From the human T2T-CHM13v2.0 reference genome, Homo sapiens, in assembly GCF_009914755.1 (NCBI RefSeq), contig NC_060930.1: DNA of 64,000 bases; one strand, 5' to 3'. The notes under the pieces were generated by a model, which did no database searches, was not told where the DNA came from, and worked only from the letters and a program-made list of their open reading frames with translations. Both the position numbers and the translations under genes were made by a program. Below, in pieces: positions 18,350 through 34,989 of the stretch (position 1 is the stretch's first letter; every line of letters begins with the position of its first letter).

Positions 18350-18510
18350 CAGCCAGTGTGGAGAATGGTTAAGGGACTACCTTTGGAGGGAAACCACAGA
18401 TTTAGAATTCCAGCTCTACCACCTATGAAAAATGTGTGACCTTGTAAATCTCTGTTTTCTTATCAGTGAAGCAGACGTAATAATAGCACTTACTTCAGAG
18501 TGCTGTTCTG
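18350..18510 (+). mobile_element. MIR
   Basis: ttagaattccagctctaccac...tgtgtgaccttg...ctctgttttcttatcagtgaa, the MIR core. Confidence 0.6.
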
Positions 18511-19623
18511 AGGGAAGTTTACACTGGCTTATTGAAGCCTAGATATTACCAATAAGCCTCTCTCTCATTTCATCACCATCTGTTAGCTGCACAGATTCAT
18601 CCTTTCTCCCAATTTATAAACCCTATGGGAAGGTACTTTAAAATATATGTTTATACCTCCCCTTCCAATTATGGTACTAGAAGTATTTAACATGTTTCTG
18701 TTCTGTTTAAGGCCTTGTGCTTTAGCAGAAAGCTTGATTGAAGCCCCCAAATGTTAGAATGAGGAGATTAAATTCAATGAAAGACCAAGACAGAGTATTC
18801 GTAAACTGAGATGCCAATGCCCTGGATGTCCCTCTGTTTTTAAACATTTAGTTTATTTCAGTGACTGAAAATGAGGCTGGAGGAGGCATGAAAACATGAC
18901 TTCAGCTAAAAGAAAGAATTCAAAGGGCAAAACCTGAAAATACAATATACTTGTTAGGATCTCTAAAATATAAGAAGACACTGCAAAGTGTTCTGGAAAG
19001 GGCATACTCTAATATAGTGAGAGGGATGCTAGCAGCTTTCAAATGACTCTCCCTGCCCCATCAACCCCAAAATATAGATGAAGGACCTGTTGTCCTTAAT
19101 GAGGATGGTATGTTCTCCCCTTGAGACTTCAGCGCTCAAAGGCCTGGTTTTCCTCTTTCAATTCTTTATGGTTTGTTTTTAAATTTGACCATTTTGAAAT
19201 CCATTATATTTCATAGAAAAAGTTGTGTCTTTTCTTTATTTTAATGCCACTGCATCCTAATTAGTAATTTTCCTTACAGCCTACAAACAGTAATTAACCT
19301 CCAATCAACATATCCTGGAAAGAATACTGAGTGGTCTCGCTTGGCAAGCCCATCACAGGCCCAGTGAAGGAACACTCAGAAATCCTGCTTGAATCAGGCT
19401 CAATCTGAACACAAGCCACATCAAATGAACTAAACTCATTCCAACAGTCTAATGGTTAAGTCTGCTGTTCTCTTCTGCTGGGAAGACAATATTTTTAAGC
19501 ATTTCATACTACCCCACAATTAAAACAAAAAAAAAAAAAAGGAAGAAGAAGCAGCAGCGAAGGCGAGAGAGAGAGAGCAAGTGACTTATGCCATGGCATA
19601 ATTAACACAAAACAGGCCTCTAC

Positions 19624-19748
19624 CTTTCTTGGCTGAGAAACCTGGCAAGTACATCACTGGCTTTTAGTTCTTCAGTTAGCTGTATTGCCATGGAAACTTT
19701 CGAAAGATGGGGAGCTTGCACTCGAATCACTCCCTGAGGAACGTCAGC
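19624..19748 (-). CDS. ARHGAP18: ARHGAP18 coding exon: ADVPQGVIRVQAPHLSKVSMAIQLTEELKASDVLARFLSQE(S)
   Basis: Acceptor ttgcag|GCTGAC, donor AAG|gtagag; 125 nt, phase 0 to 2; lies within track ORF 19620..19814. Confidence 0.95.
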
Positions 19749-20671
19749 CTGCAAAGCAATAATGACACTGGAACAAAGCTGGCAGCAGCTGGAACGTGTA
19801 ACTCTACAATGCATTATATAGTAAGTGTGCTTAACTACTACGCATTTTACTTCACTACATAAAAACCTTAACTACTGTATAATGTAATTTGCAAAATTAC
19901 ATCAAACCTCAAATATCCTCTTAATGGTGATAGGGGAACTTTATAATGCCTGTGCAGTAATGCTTAATTATTTTTAAAGATGTAAAGAATGACAGCAATA
20001 ACCATTACTGCCATATTAAGTGCTGATTTCTGAGTATTATCTACTAGAGGGTGCTTCTTCATGTAGCAATTTATGAAATTGAATCAGAAAGAAGTTACTC
20101 TGTGTGCTACTGCAGTATGTACATTTGAAAAATCTTCCTGGACATTCACAAAATTTCACAAAATTTTTTTGTCTCTGAATGTTTTATAAAAAAGAAACAT
20201 ACTTTTCTATTTTTATTGTCTGTTCCCCATTTGGTTAATGAGCTCATGCTTTTTGGCTATACACTTTGAACTTACGATGACCCCTTTCTAAATCTTTTGC
20301 CCATGGATGTGAAAAACATTTTATGGATTCGAGGATACCAGTGAAAGTTTATGAGGTTTGTAATACCAAAATGTCAGCTATAGCGTTAGAAATATTAGTC
20401 TTAATTAATTCCTAAAGGGTTTTGCTAAAATAAATACTATTATTTATAACCATTATGACTTAGACCTTAGAATAAACAGCACGCACAAATCATGTTCAAA
20501 AGATAATGCTTTAAATAATACAAATACCCTGTTCAATTGAACCAAAATTTATTAAGCATCTACTGAGTACCAGATATTGTACTAGGTTTACTTACCCAGT
20601 AATAAATAAGAAATAAGTCCTTTACTGCATAACTTTGTGCCCACAATATCATGTCCTTTTTTTTTTTTTTA

Positions 20672-21055
<384 letters not shown>

Positions 21056-23078
21056 CTAAAAGATTTAATATTGCTTCTCAGTAATATCAGAGATTTAGTG
21101 TGGGAATAACAAGGAAAAGAAGCAACACGATATAAGACTGCACAGTGAGTATGGGATTGTGGAAGACCACAGACTGCAAACAACAGCTAGACCTGCAAAG
21201 GTATCACAAAGGACCTGACCATCAACCTCAGAAATCCTGCTGCAGAGTGGGTGGTGCCCCACCTGCCTCCTTCCTCTGACCAGTCAGTGAAGGGCCACAG
21301 AACACATTACTCCAAACCTGAACAAAAATGGACAAAGCCTTCCAGGGCCTTACACTCATGACTTTGCTGGGCTAACCTTGGTCATAGCATCCTCCTCTAC
21401 CTTCTGTTGCAGGACATATTATGCTCAATTCAATCTGTGAAGGACAACCTAATTCCAACCTCCCAATTCCAAGCCCCCAATTCCAACCTGTGCCCACACC
21501 CCTCAATTCCTGCTTCATCTTTCCATCCAGCCTGAATCCTTGGCTTGGTTTTTTGACTTATTGATACTTCAGTCTATGACCTTGACCTCATCCCTAAGAT
21601 ACAAGTATAATTTCCCTTTGTCCTTGATTCTGTGACAGGCTTTATTTTCACTTAGAACACTTTGGAACACATGCTGCTTCTTGCAATGGATGGGGCATTT
21701 CATGTGGTACAAAGCAGTTATTAAATCAATGGTGTAACATACAACTCAGTGACTCCATGAACTTCTCCCTTGGGTTTGAACTCTAGGTTATTTCCCACTA
21801 TGGCCATTTAAGCTGTTCACATGGCCTCACCTATTTGTTGCCTCATAGGAGGTGGAAAATAATCAGTAGCATGAACACCTTTAACATTAGACTGAAAATT
21901 GTAATAGCAACATCTGAAGCACTGAGACTGTGCTCATAAAACCCTAATCCACCTTGTCTACTCAGTAAGCACAACAATATTGGTATTTTGGATTCTGTTA
22001 GTTTATCACTATTATTATGACTATTGTTTTACTTATAAAACAATAGTAAATAAATATTATTTACTATTGTGGAGGGACTTGAACGGCAGGCTAGAGTTTA
22101 CAGATAGCCATGCACTTTATATTGAGGTTAAAAGTTAGGAAATCCTGGTTAAGTCATAGTGTCAAATATCCTTATATACAGGTTTATCAGGGACAGAAAT
22201 TGTTCCCAGAATCACATCTTACCCAGCCCTAGAAGAAGGCAGCCAAATCTGCACTGACATTTAAAGTGAAGATGACTGGATTAAGTTTTTATATACAGAA
22301 AGTCCATAATAAATGAGTTGCAAAACCAAAATGATTGAGAAAATAATATATTACCATAAAGAGTTCAGGGATATGGCAATCTTAGTCAGCTCCTGGCCTT
22401 TTCCCCCACTATTTCTTGTAGAACCTTCTACTGTTTGGATAAAAAGGCCCAGCAGCACTCCAAGCTTTCCTATCTTTGTGTACGTTCTACTCCCCCTCCC
22501 AAATATCTCTCTGCTAACCATTTTCAAGGCTCAGCTCAAATACCTCAAACTCCATGGAACCTTCCATGCTCCACAGAGTCAAAAGGAATCTCTTCATTCC
22601 GCTGACTCTCCTTCATAAGGGTCCTACTATATGACCTGTATTCTGGTTGTATGCCACATATCTGACTCATATCTGTAGCCACCCATCAATGTTTATTGAT
22701 TAAATGAATCATTCAAAATTACTTATTTTTTGTTCATTTTTACTAACAATGATAACATAAACAAAGTAAAATGTCTCTAGAATAAAAGAAAGTATGCCAA
22801 GGGGTATTTCCTTAATGGCAAAAACTCATCTTAGGAACAATGTCTAAAAGAAACAAGTTAAGGTGCCTCTATCCACCATATGGTATTCCCTCCACTACCA
22901 AGAAAAGACAGGAAGGGAAAGAAAGCAGAGAAAAGGAATTAAGTGTGTTACAAGAGATAATTCAGTCACTTACTTCTGTAGAGAGCCAAAGAGAAAAGCC
23001 AGAGTTACTAACATTAGCATGTATCTACTTGGGGATGTAGTCTCTTTTCCCCTCCAACACATCTCATGAAGAGCTGAA

Positions 23079-25341
<2,263 letters not shown>

Positions 25342-25858
25342 TGTATTAGTCGTGGTTCTTGAAAAGGACAGAACTCATAGCATAGATGAGTTTATTAAGG
25401 AGTATTGACTCACACGATCACAAGGTGAAGTCCCACAATAGGCCATCTGCAAGCTGAGGAGCAAGGAAGCCAGTTCGAGTCCCAAAACCTCAAAAGTGGG
25501 GAAGCTGACAGTGCAGCCTTCAGTCTGTGGCTGAAGGTCAGACAGCCCCTGGTAAACCATTGGTGTAAGTCCAAGGGTCCAAACATTGAAGAACTTGGAG
25601 TCCAATGTTCCAGAGCAGGAAGCATCCAGCCAGGAAAAAGATGAAGGCCAGAGGACTCAGCAAGTCTGTTCTTTCCACTTTCTTCTGCCTGCTTTTATTC
25701 TAGCCATGCTGGCAGCTGATTAGATGGTGCCCACCAAGCCTCTCCCAGTCCATTGACCCAAATATTAATCTTCTTTGGCAACACCCTCACAGACACACCC
25801 AGGAACAATATTTTGCATCCTTTAATCCAATCAAGTTGACCCTCAATATTGAGTGACA
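25342..25858 (-). mobile_element. MLT2A-type (ERVL/HERV-L) LTR
   Basis: tgtattagtc..ggacagaact..gagtttattaag..actcacacgatcacaagg..gctgaggagcaaggaagccag..gctgattagatggtgcccacc..caacaccctcacagacacacccagga..aatccaatcaagttgac, characteristic of MLT2A. Confidence 0.85.
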
Positions 25859-28812
25859 ACTTAATGCTTTCTAAATGAGCTCAGGTACCATAGCTTTGGG
25901 GAGTATGACCATGCCATGCTTCCTTATGAAATGAGGTGTTGAGTTCAGGGTGGTAAAAGGACTTGCACAGAAAGCACCACATCTGACCCAGGAATCTAGG
26001 ATCTTTCTGATAGTTAAGAGTTTTAATAGAGAGTCCCAAGATACTAGCTTCTGGGGGCAATTGGGAGTTTTCACGTATATGTGTAATGTTAGGTAATTGA
26101 CATATTATGGGGTACACAGGCTGGTTTTTGCCAAGATGGGAAGCAGCATGAGTACTCTCCTACAGATTCCTTCTGGCTATGAAATAAAAACATTTCCCAC
26201 ATCCCTTTCCCTCAATGAGCAGAGGATGAGGTTAAGCCACCTTTGAGCTCAGCAAGAACCCTTCCCAAGCTACAAACGGTAGTCATTTTGACTCATTTCA
26301 CAAAGAGCTGGAATATCAATATCCTTGGAAAGCATTTCATTAAACCAACAATGGTACATGGTTTTCATTAAACCTTCCTAGGCTGACATTCTCTGACCAC
26401 TAGAGAACCTGTATTCTACGGCAGGGAGAGAGAGTGTGTGTGTGGTTTGTGTGTCTATGGGATATGAACATTTCTCAGCTTGTTTATTTCTGTAGTGATT
26501 CATCCCATCCAAATTCTTACAACAATACAGAGATTGAGAGTTTGACTCAATATGGATATACAATGCTCTTTATCCCTGAAGAAGAAACGAGTTTAACCAG
26601 TATATATAATGGTAAAGCTAAAGAGTTAAAGTTGTTTCTGGGAAGTTTTTGCTGGATATCTTGACAAGGAAGGCCAAATGATATTTACAAAGATGATAAA
26701 CAATAAATTATGCCAAAGCCATCATTTAAATGGTGTATGAAAACCACTATTAAGTACTAGAATCATGCTGTATCGAATACTGAAGTTATTACTATACTAA
26801 TTACATTGAGTTGCCAAGCTTTGAAAAGATACAACATGCCTGATCGTTAAGCCAGTCTGTTCTTAACTTGAGCCATAATAATAACTGAATCTGTACACAG
26901 TATGATCTTTATAACCCTTCTCTTTCACATGTTTTAATCTAAAATTGTCACTCTGTCTCCTGCTTTTTTTTCCCATTGAGATAGGGGAGGAGCGTGCTTG
27001 TGAACTGCAGTTATGTGAGGTACAGCAGGACTGGAGAAGGGCAGTATTTGACTAACACTCCATCAAAGAAAAGTCACAAAGGATTTTACAACTTCAAGAG
27101 TGTTAATTTCTTATGCATGCTAAGATTATTAAAATAGAGAAAATGACCTCATATGGTCTTCACATGTTTTACATATTGAACTGAAGTTTATATTTCTAAA
27201 CCTGATTTTATTATTATCTGGTTAAATAACAATTTTAGCATTTTTTCATAAGGTATCTAAAAACACTGCATTGCTCATATTTTTGCACTCTAGAGATTAG
27301 AAATTTAATGTCAGACCGGTAAAAGAGGTCTCTTTCTTTTTCATTAAAAGCTAATTTAAATGTAAAGCTGACATTTTTTATGCTACAGAAAACCCTTTTT
27401 ATCTTCAAAAGGGCAAATTGGAAATACAGCTTTTTCAAAAAGAAGGCCAGATATAACACATATTTTAGAAAATTAAACAGGGACATTTTAGCAAGGTATC
27501 TTAAACTAAAATGGTATATTCATCACCCTAGTCTGAACTGACAATACTGGGAAGTGGTGATATAAAAGGAATTCGCTACTATCTTGAACTATGTGCTAAT
27601 TATAATTGGATCTTTGTTATCCAAATGCCTTAAACTTTTATCCAACTCACAGATTCAGAGGATTTTAAAGAAAGGCTTAAAATAACTTCCATAGTTAATA
27701 AGAATTTAATTTCCAATGACATAAGTTCTAATATTTTTTTTTAATGTGGTATTTTTATGCAGTATTAAAAATCAGGGAATGTCATAAAAAGAAATAAGAT
27801 TTTGTGCTTGATATTGTAATCTGATTTTCCACTTGGGTCCCCAAGTAAATCCAGCCACTATTTCCAGACCTAAAGCAGATGCTTGAAACAATACCTGCAA
27901 CAATGCTTTGCAGCAAGAACTGTTAAATGAAATCAGAGATGCAATTCTAAACAGAGTTGTGCATAAAGGCACGCAACCCTGGCCACAAACAACTCAGCAT
28001 CTACACCGCACTGCTGCCAATGCCAGGATTCTTCCAGTGGTAGCAACAGATTTCTTTTTCACATCCATAGCCCTACACTTTAAAATGTGACAACATTATT
28101 CTGGAACTTTCAGCAAGTCACGTAAGCTCTCTAAAGCTTGAGTTCCTCCCTGGTAAATTAAGGGTGTGATACTAGCATGTCCCAAGTTAACACTAACATT
28201 AACCCTATGAGAGAAAGCCTTTTGTTTCCTTGACCTATGAGGTCAGAAGTGGTGAGCAGCATGGCATTTTGGACAGAATCTCATACAGCCACTCTGTACC
28301 CTCACTCTCATAAATGAACAGCCTCCCTTTGAGAGGTGAGCTTGAATGGCAGAAGAAACATCATACAAACCTAAGTCACAATAACCCTGAGGCCTGGATG
28401 AGTCAACAAATCACAACCAATTGTTCATCAAAGCTGCCCCCTACATTCTTAGTAGGCAGAGATGCAATCTGAGGTAATTATAAGATATCCTTTAAAATTC
28501 TAAAAGGAAAAAACATGTGGGAGACAGGATGCAACAAGATCAGAAAAATGTGTTCGATTGTTGATGATAAAGGTTTTGGGGGGCTCATGTACTATTCTTT
28601 CTACTCGTATGTGTTTAAAAAGTTTCATGATAAAATTAAATATACATATGCATACACACACACAAACACACCAATAGGAAGAGGGAATTACCCTTCCAGC
28701 TTTTAGACGATACACACGCCCAAGTCCTGCCCTGGGAGAGTCTGACTCAGTGGGTCTAGCGAGTCACCCAATCACGGTTTGCTTTTTGTTTTGTTCTAAA
28801 ATAATATTACCA

Positions 28813-29108
28813 GGCCAGGTGCAGTGGCTTACACCTGTAATCTCAGGTGTGAAAGGCTGAGGAGGGAGGATCGCTTCATGCCAGGAGTTCGAGACCAGCC
28901 TGTGTAACGTAGCAAGACCCTGTCTCTACAAAATAGTTTAAAAATTAACCAGGCATGGTGATGCATGCCTGTAGTCCCAGCTACTCATGAGGCTGAGGTG
29001 GGAGGATCCCTTGAGCCTGCAACTTTGAGGTTACAATGAGCCATGATTGCACCATTGCACTTCAGCCTGGGTGAAAAAGCAAGACCTTATCTCCAAAAAT
29101 AAACAAAC
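28813..29108 (+). mobile_element. AluJ-type element
   Basis: Diverged Alu dimer with an A-rich tail. Confidence 0.9.
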
Positions 29109-29619
29109 CTTTAAAAAATTAAATATTACAGATGCCACTATTGTGAACTTCTGGTTAAACACCATTAACCTGATCCTACCCTATCATTTTATAAAAGAAA
29201 CTGAAGCCCACAGAGGTAAAATGACTTGTCACACTCACTCGTGGCAGAGCTGGGGCTATATCCTCAGGCCACATGACTTCTGAGGTGTATGTGTGGGTGT
29301 AGATGTGTGTGTTATCAATCCCGACAAGTTAAAGCCTATCAGAAAATGATTATTATTAATGGTCTACAATTTTCTTATTTTTCCTCCAACTGTTTCTTCC
29401 TACTATAATTAATGGATAAGACATACTAGTATTTAAGAACATCTACATTTGGACCAAACACTCAGTATGCTGTAGTCACTAAAAACATTTGCCTCATGAG
29501 GTAAATTGAGTACATCTTAAAACCTGGCTCAAATTATTAATTAACTAGTGTAGTCTAGCACGTCTTAATAATACAAATGCCCAATTATAAACGGTTAGTT
29601 TTAATAGCATACAAAATTA

Positions 29620-29740
29620 TTATTTTTTTAACAGGGGTGTCACTGTTTTACCCAGGCTGGCATCTAACTCTTAGGCTCAAGTGATCCTCCTGTTCAGCCT
29701 CCCAAGTAGCTGGGACTACAGGTGCATGCCACTGCATTGA
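29620..29740 (-). mobile_element. Alu monomer fragment (FLAM-like)
   Basis: ggctcaagtgatcctcctg..cagcctcccaagtagctgggactacagg. Confidence 0.75.
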
Positions 29741-29809
29741 GTCAAAGCCTCTTAAAAATATTACCTTGAAGAATGTTTATGATCTATAGTCTCTTTCACT
29801 CTCCAATCC

Positions 29810-32300
29810 CTGGCAATCTAGCTTTTTCCATAAATTACCATTGACAATGCTTTGGGGAAAGTAATAATTAACCTTCAAATTCAAAAACCTTTGTTCAGTG
29901 TTAACCTTACTCAGTCTCTCTGCAGCATTTGGCACTACTAACCAAGCTCTTTTTACTTACTTTACTCTTCCTGCCTGGGCTTCAGAGAAAATATACATCC
30001 TTCAACTTTCTCTTACTTCCTATTATTTCCTAGCCTCCTTCACCAGCTCTTCTTGAATGGCCCATACTTAAACATTGGAATCCCCTAGAGATCTCTCTTT
30101 GTCTCTTTATTTTCTTACTCCATATATCCACCTTGTGTAATATGAACCACTCTATGACTTCAACAACAATCTCTAGGCTAATCCCAAAGGTGTGCCTCCA
30201 ATGCTGGATGCTCCTTGAAATTCAGGCCCCTGTAGCCGACTCACACAGGCACGTTAACCCAAAGTGTCAAAAACTCACTTTTAAGTCTGTCCCCCTTTTG
30301 CTTGATGCTAAAGTCACCCAAGGCCAAATTTGGCAAGTCATTCTAGATTCCCTTCTTCTTCCACATTCTTCACATCCAACCAGTATCCACATGTTGCAGG
30401 GTTCCTATTGGCTCACATTCTAAACTTCTTTCGATTCTCAACTGGGCCTTGGCTCTAGCCCAGGACCATTTTAAGAACTACATATAAAACATATTTTATA
30501 ACAGCAGTAATCCATGTTCATTGTATTACCACCCATAAGCCCAGAGTTTTGGTATATATCCTTCTTAGAGTCCTTCTGTGATCTATGGAGAAACAGAGAA
30601 TAATGGTGAAGAGTCCATGGATTTAAAGTCATATAGATTTGGTTTCAAATTCCAGCTCCACTAATTCCTATCTAGATAACCTTAGTAACTTTAAGATTGC
30701 TAATTCTCACTTTCCTCATCTGAAAAAAATTAGACAATAATACACCCCAATTAGACTACCATAAATATTACGAGACAATATTTGTAAAATGTTTAGCATT
30801 GTGTCTGACCTCTGCAAAGCATTAAAATCATAGCTATTACCCCCTAAAAATATAGCACTACACCATTCACTGACTCGTAACTTCTTTTATCACATAGTAA
30901 CATATTACGAATCTCTTCAATGTCAAGATACACATTTGTACACTTTCATGGTATTTCGCTGTATAGATATGCCATAATGTATTTAACTAGCCACCTCTGT
31001 TCTTTTGGATTATCTCTAATTTTGGTCAGTGTAAGAAAATGGCAATGAACTTAACCATAAATATTTGCATGTTCATGCTATTACTCTCTTTGGAGGAATA
31101 TCTGAGTCCAGTGAAGAGCATGGCTTTCAGGACTTTGCCACATGCTGCTGTTCTCTGGAAGAACTCTACCAATTTATATACTCCCATCAACAAGGAAATT
31201 ACCTACCATCTCCTACCTACCCTCCAATCTTACACTCCCTCAAATCTTTCCTTCACCTTTCAGCAGTTCCCTGTCATGCACAGAATAGAAACTTTGCTAT
31301 CAATCTCTCTTAAGGCTCACTCCTGCTTTCCCTCTGCCCCTGTCTCTCTATGCACCTAAGTGGCCAGTTAGTATGACCTGATTTTCTCTCCAAACATTTC
31401 AAATATCCCCACTTAAATGTCCAATAGACATCATACTCAATATGTCCTAAATTGAAATCATGAAATTGAAAGCAATACCATCCTTCCAATTTCTCAGGCC
31501 AAAAATCAGAGTCATTTTTGACCTCTTTTGTTCTCCTACATGATTTCCATCAGGAAATCTCAATGGCTCTAACTTCAAAACAAAATCCAGAATCCAACCA
31601 TTTCTCCACTTTCCGATGCTGATACCCTGGTCTGAACCACCATTATCTCTTACCTGGATTACAAGAACCTCCCAAATGATCTCCCTATTTTTCTTTGCTC
31701 CCTTTTAGTCTATTCTCAACACAACAGCCTAAGGAATCATTTTAAAACATAGTATAGATTTTCAAGCCTTTGCTTCAAACCCCCATTTCACTCAGAGTAA
31801 ATCCAAATTTCTAATGATGGTCTATCTACAAGGCCCTATGCAATCTTGCCCCATTGCCCCTCTGACCTCATTTCACACTACCGTTCCCTCTGCTGGCTTC
31901 ACTCCAGCTACACTCACTCCTTAAGGTAAGTTCCTGTCTTAAGGTTTTTTCACAGACTATTCTTTCTGCCTGGACTGAGTTTCCTGAGATATACACACAA
32001 CTCAACTCCCTGCCCTTCTTCTTGTCTTTGCTTAAATGAATAATATCCAGACCATCTCAACTTAATAGTGCCAGGGGATCTCCTTCCCAATTCCCCTTGT
32101 TCTGTTGTTTTTATTACTTTTGGAGGATAAATCACATACTAACACATTATATGAATTACTTCCTAGATTTACTTTTATTTTTAGAATTTAAGCTCTGGAA
32201 GAGCAGTGATCTTTGTATGTTTTGTCCAATAATTTATATTTCAAGTACCCAGTAATTCCTGGCACACAGTAGGCACATATCAAGTAACTGTTTAACAAAT
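29810..32300. mobile_element. Patchwork of L2 fragments (about 29810-30430 and 31390-32300), a MIR (about 30585-30830) and an old L1M fragment (about 30850-31195)
   Basis: L2 motifs (ctctctgcagcatttggcact, ccagaatccaaccatttctcca, cctggcacacagtaggcac), MIR core and L1M-like antisense text. Confidence 0.55.
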
Positions 32301-32781
32301 GACAAAAGCTACCCCCAGGCAATTTCATGCCCTATAGTTTCATATTGCATATTTAAATGATTTGGAGGAGAGTCAAGAAACTACAGCAACCAGACAGAAT
32401 GAAGGAGGGGGCATGGCTTACAGCAAAGTAGATGGTCCATGTTCCATGCAAAAGGAACGGCTCCTACTCAAATCCAGGGAATTGCTACCCTGATGGAAAG
32501 CAGGCCTCTTACTGCCAGAAGATGAGGGATGCCCCAACATCCATTTGTCATTAAGACGGTGGTTCAAACTTTCACATTAAATGTTTTAGCTTTAGAATTC
32601 TGGCAGTTGCCAGTTGGAAGCAACATGCAAAAAACTCTTGTTACTTAGTAACTTACCACATATCCACAGTATTTGAACTTAGCTTGCACCTCTACTTGTT
32701 CTGTAATTGCTTTGTGTGTCTATTTACTCTCCCTAATAAAATGGCATAATTTTTTTTTTAAATTTTGGCTATTGATTAGAA

Positions 32782-32984
32782 TTTTTTTTTTTTTTTGAGA
32801 TGAAGTCTCACTCTGTCACCCAAACTGGAGTGCAGTGGCGCAATCTTGGCTCACTGCCTCCCAGGTTCAAGCGATTCTCCTGCCTTAGCTTCTCAAGTAG
32901 CTGGACTACAGGTGTGTGCTACCACGTCCAGCCAATTTTTATATTTTTAGCAGAGATGAGGTTCCACTGTCTTGGCCAGGCTGG
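32782..32984 (-). mobile_element. 5'-truncated Alu
   Basis: T tail followed by the Alu right arm and part of the left arm; flanks gattagaattttt / gatgagaattttt resemble a TSD. Confidence 0.9.
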
Positions 32985-34848
32985 AGATGAGAATTTTTCT
33001 ACCAAAATGACAGGCCAAACAGACCTCCACCATGGGCTGTGATGTCAGAAAGCTTCCACTGCAGGTTAGATGGCTCTTCTCTAGTGACACCTGAACAACA
33101 CTGATTTATTTTTCACATCTCAGCTTGACTCCCCAGTGAAGCCTCTCTCATGCTTACTTCCTGTTTTGTAGATTACGGTACCCTGGTCAGGCTTCAATCA
33201 CATACCTCTGAGCTACATCCCTTCTATATGCCTTCTCCTGGCTCCTCGAGGGTGAGCACCCAGCTCCCTGACTCCCTGGGAACACCTAACATAAAGTGGG
33301 GGCCTAGCACCAAGGTGGCAATAGCATTTTGTTGATGAGTAACTGAATTTCACATAAGGAAAGAAAAAAAAAAACTCAAAGAGGTAAAGTTACAGCTAAT
33401 ATGTGATGAAACTGATATTTAAATCCCAAGCTTTAAAATGACAATACAGTTTTTAAATAGTACAGAGATCATTCTCAGACCAGATCATGTCTAACTATGC
33501 CAAAGTGCAAACTAAAGAAGTTAATGCTTTTTTTTCCATAAATGACAAAATTACTAAAATATTCCATTTCCAAAAAGTAAACGTTTCAGTTTTTCTAAAT
33601 ATTATTTAAAAGGTACACCCCAAATGTTTCCTTAAGTAGATCCTGAGCTTCAGAATATCACAGCTAAATGCCCTATAAAAAGACAAGACTATAAAGTCAC
33701 TTAATATGAATAAGAAGGGCTACAAAACAGACTTAATTCACATATTTACAATGGTCTTAGAGGTAACAGAACATTCTAAAGTTAACCAAATGCCAAAAAA
33801 AAAGGCTTTCTAAAAGCCTTTAGGATAATATCAAGGCCTTTCTAAAAAAATAAGCATATTTACAACTTCTCTTTATGTTTTTAAAGATATTTAAAACTTG
33901 ATTTAAAATGTTTTACAATGCCAAGAAAGTATCATTTTTTAAGAGTGAGAGCTATAAATAAATCTAAGAGAAAAACTTCGTTTTTATGATTACTGGATCC
34001 ATAAGCAGGCCAAAACCGAAAATTCAGACAAAGGCAGATAACTGCATTTTCACATTATTCCACAAGATGTCAGCATGTAACTGAACAACTTCAATGGTGG
34101 TGGTAGTAGGGAGGAGGTGGATTCACTTAAATAGAACAATAGAAACCCTTTCATTTCATGAACTTACGCTACAGCTTTGGTAACTTACTTCATAAATGTA
34201 TATCCATGTATATTTTATTATTGTAAACCCAGTTCTTAATATACTCTTACAGTAGTTTATAAATACAGATATTTAGGTATTTCTTTTTTGAAACATCTTA
34301 ATTTTTTTCTTTCCAATTTAGCTCTCAAAATTCTTCTGATCAAATTGAGAACCTTCAAATACTTATTAAAGTCCAGGAATAATCCTAGGCACAACACAAA
34401 CATTAACCTATTTGTCCATCTGGATTAGTTATTTTTCCCCATTCTACAGATGAGAAAAATTTAGAAAAAAATGTCAGTGGTTCACATGATGTTATTTACT
34501 CACTATAGATTATATATTCAGTAGGCGACTAGAGTCTCCGCACGAGAGGTAGAGGTAGGGGTAGGGGTGTAGGGGTGTGTGTGTGTGTGTGTGTTCAGTC
34601 TTGTCTTGATATCTTCCTTTGTTCCCCATTAACAACTCACATGCTGAGTCACCAACACCTGACCAACTGTCAATACTGATCATTAGCAGCAGTAGTAGGA
34701 AGACAGTTACTGATGTCTTTCACTTACAAGTAGCACCACAGCCTAATAAGTGGCAGAAAGTCATACTATGAAAACATTAAATAAAAAATTTTGGTATTAA
34801 AAAAATACTTAAGATCTGAATAAATACATATCTCCACTATTTTCTTAC

Positions 34849-34989
34849 ATCATTTGTACTCTTATCTTGCTTTTCATATTTTTCTCGGTCATAAGCCATT
34901 TTCTTCAGCAATTTCTTCATGGCTCTTTTATCCTTTTTATGATTTTCCGTGTTTTGCTTCCTCACTTGGTTTACAATAAACTTGGGAAT
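34849..34989 (-). CDS. ARHGAP18: ARHGAP18 coding exon: IPKFIVNQVRKQNTENHKKDKRAMKKLLKKMAYDREKYEKQDKSTND
   Basis: Acceptor ctatag|ATTCCC, donor GAT|gtaaga; 141 nt, phase 0-0; open frame matching ARHGAP18. Confidence 0.94.
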
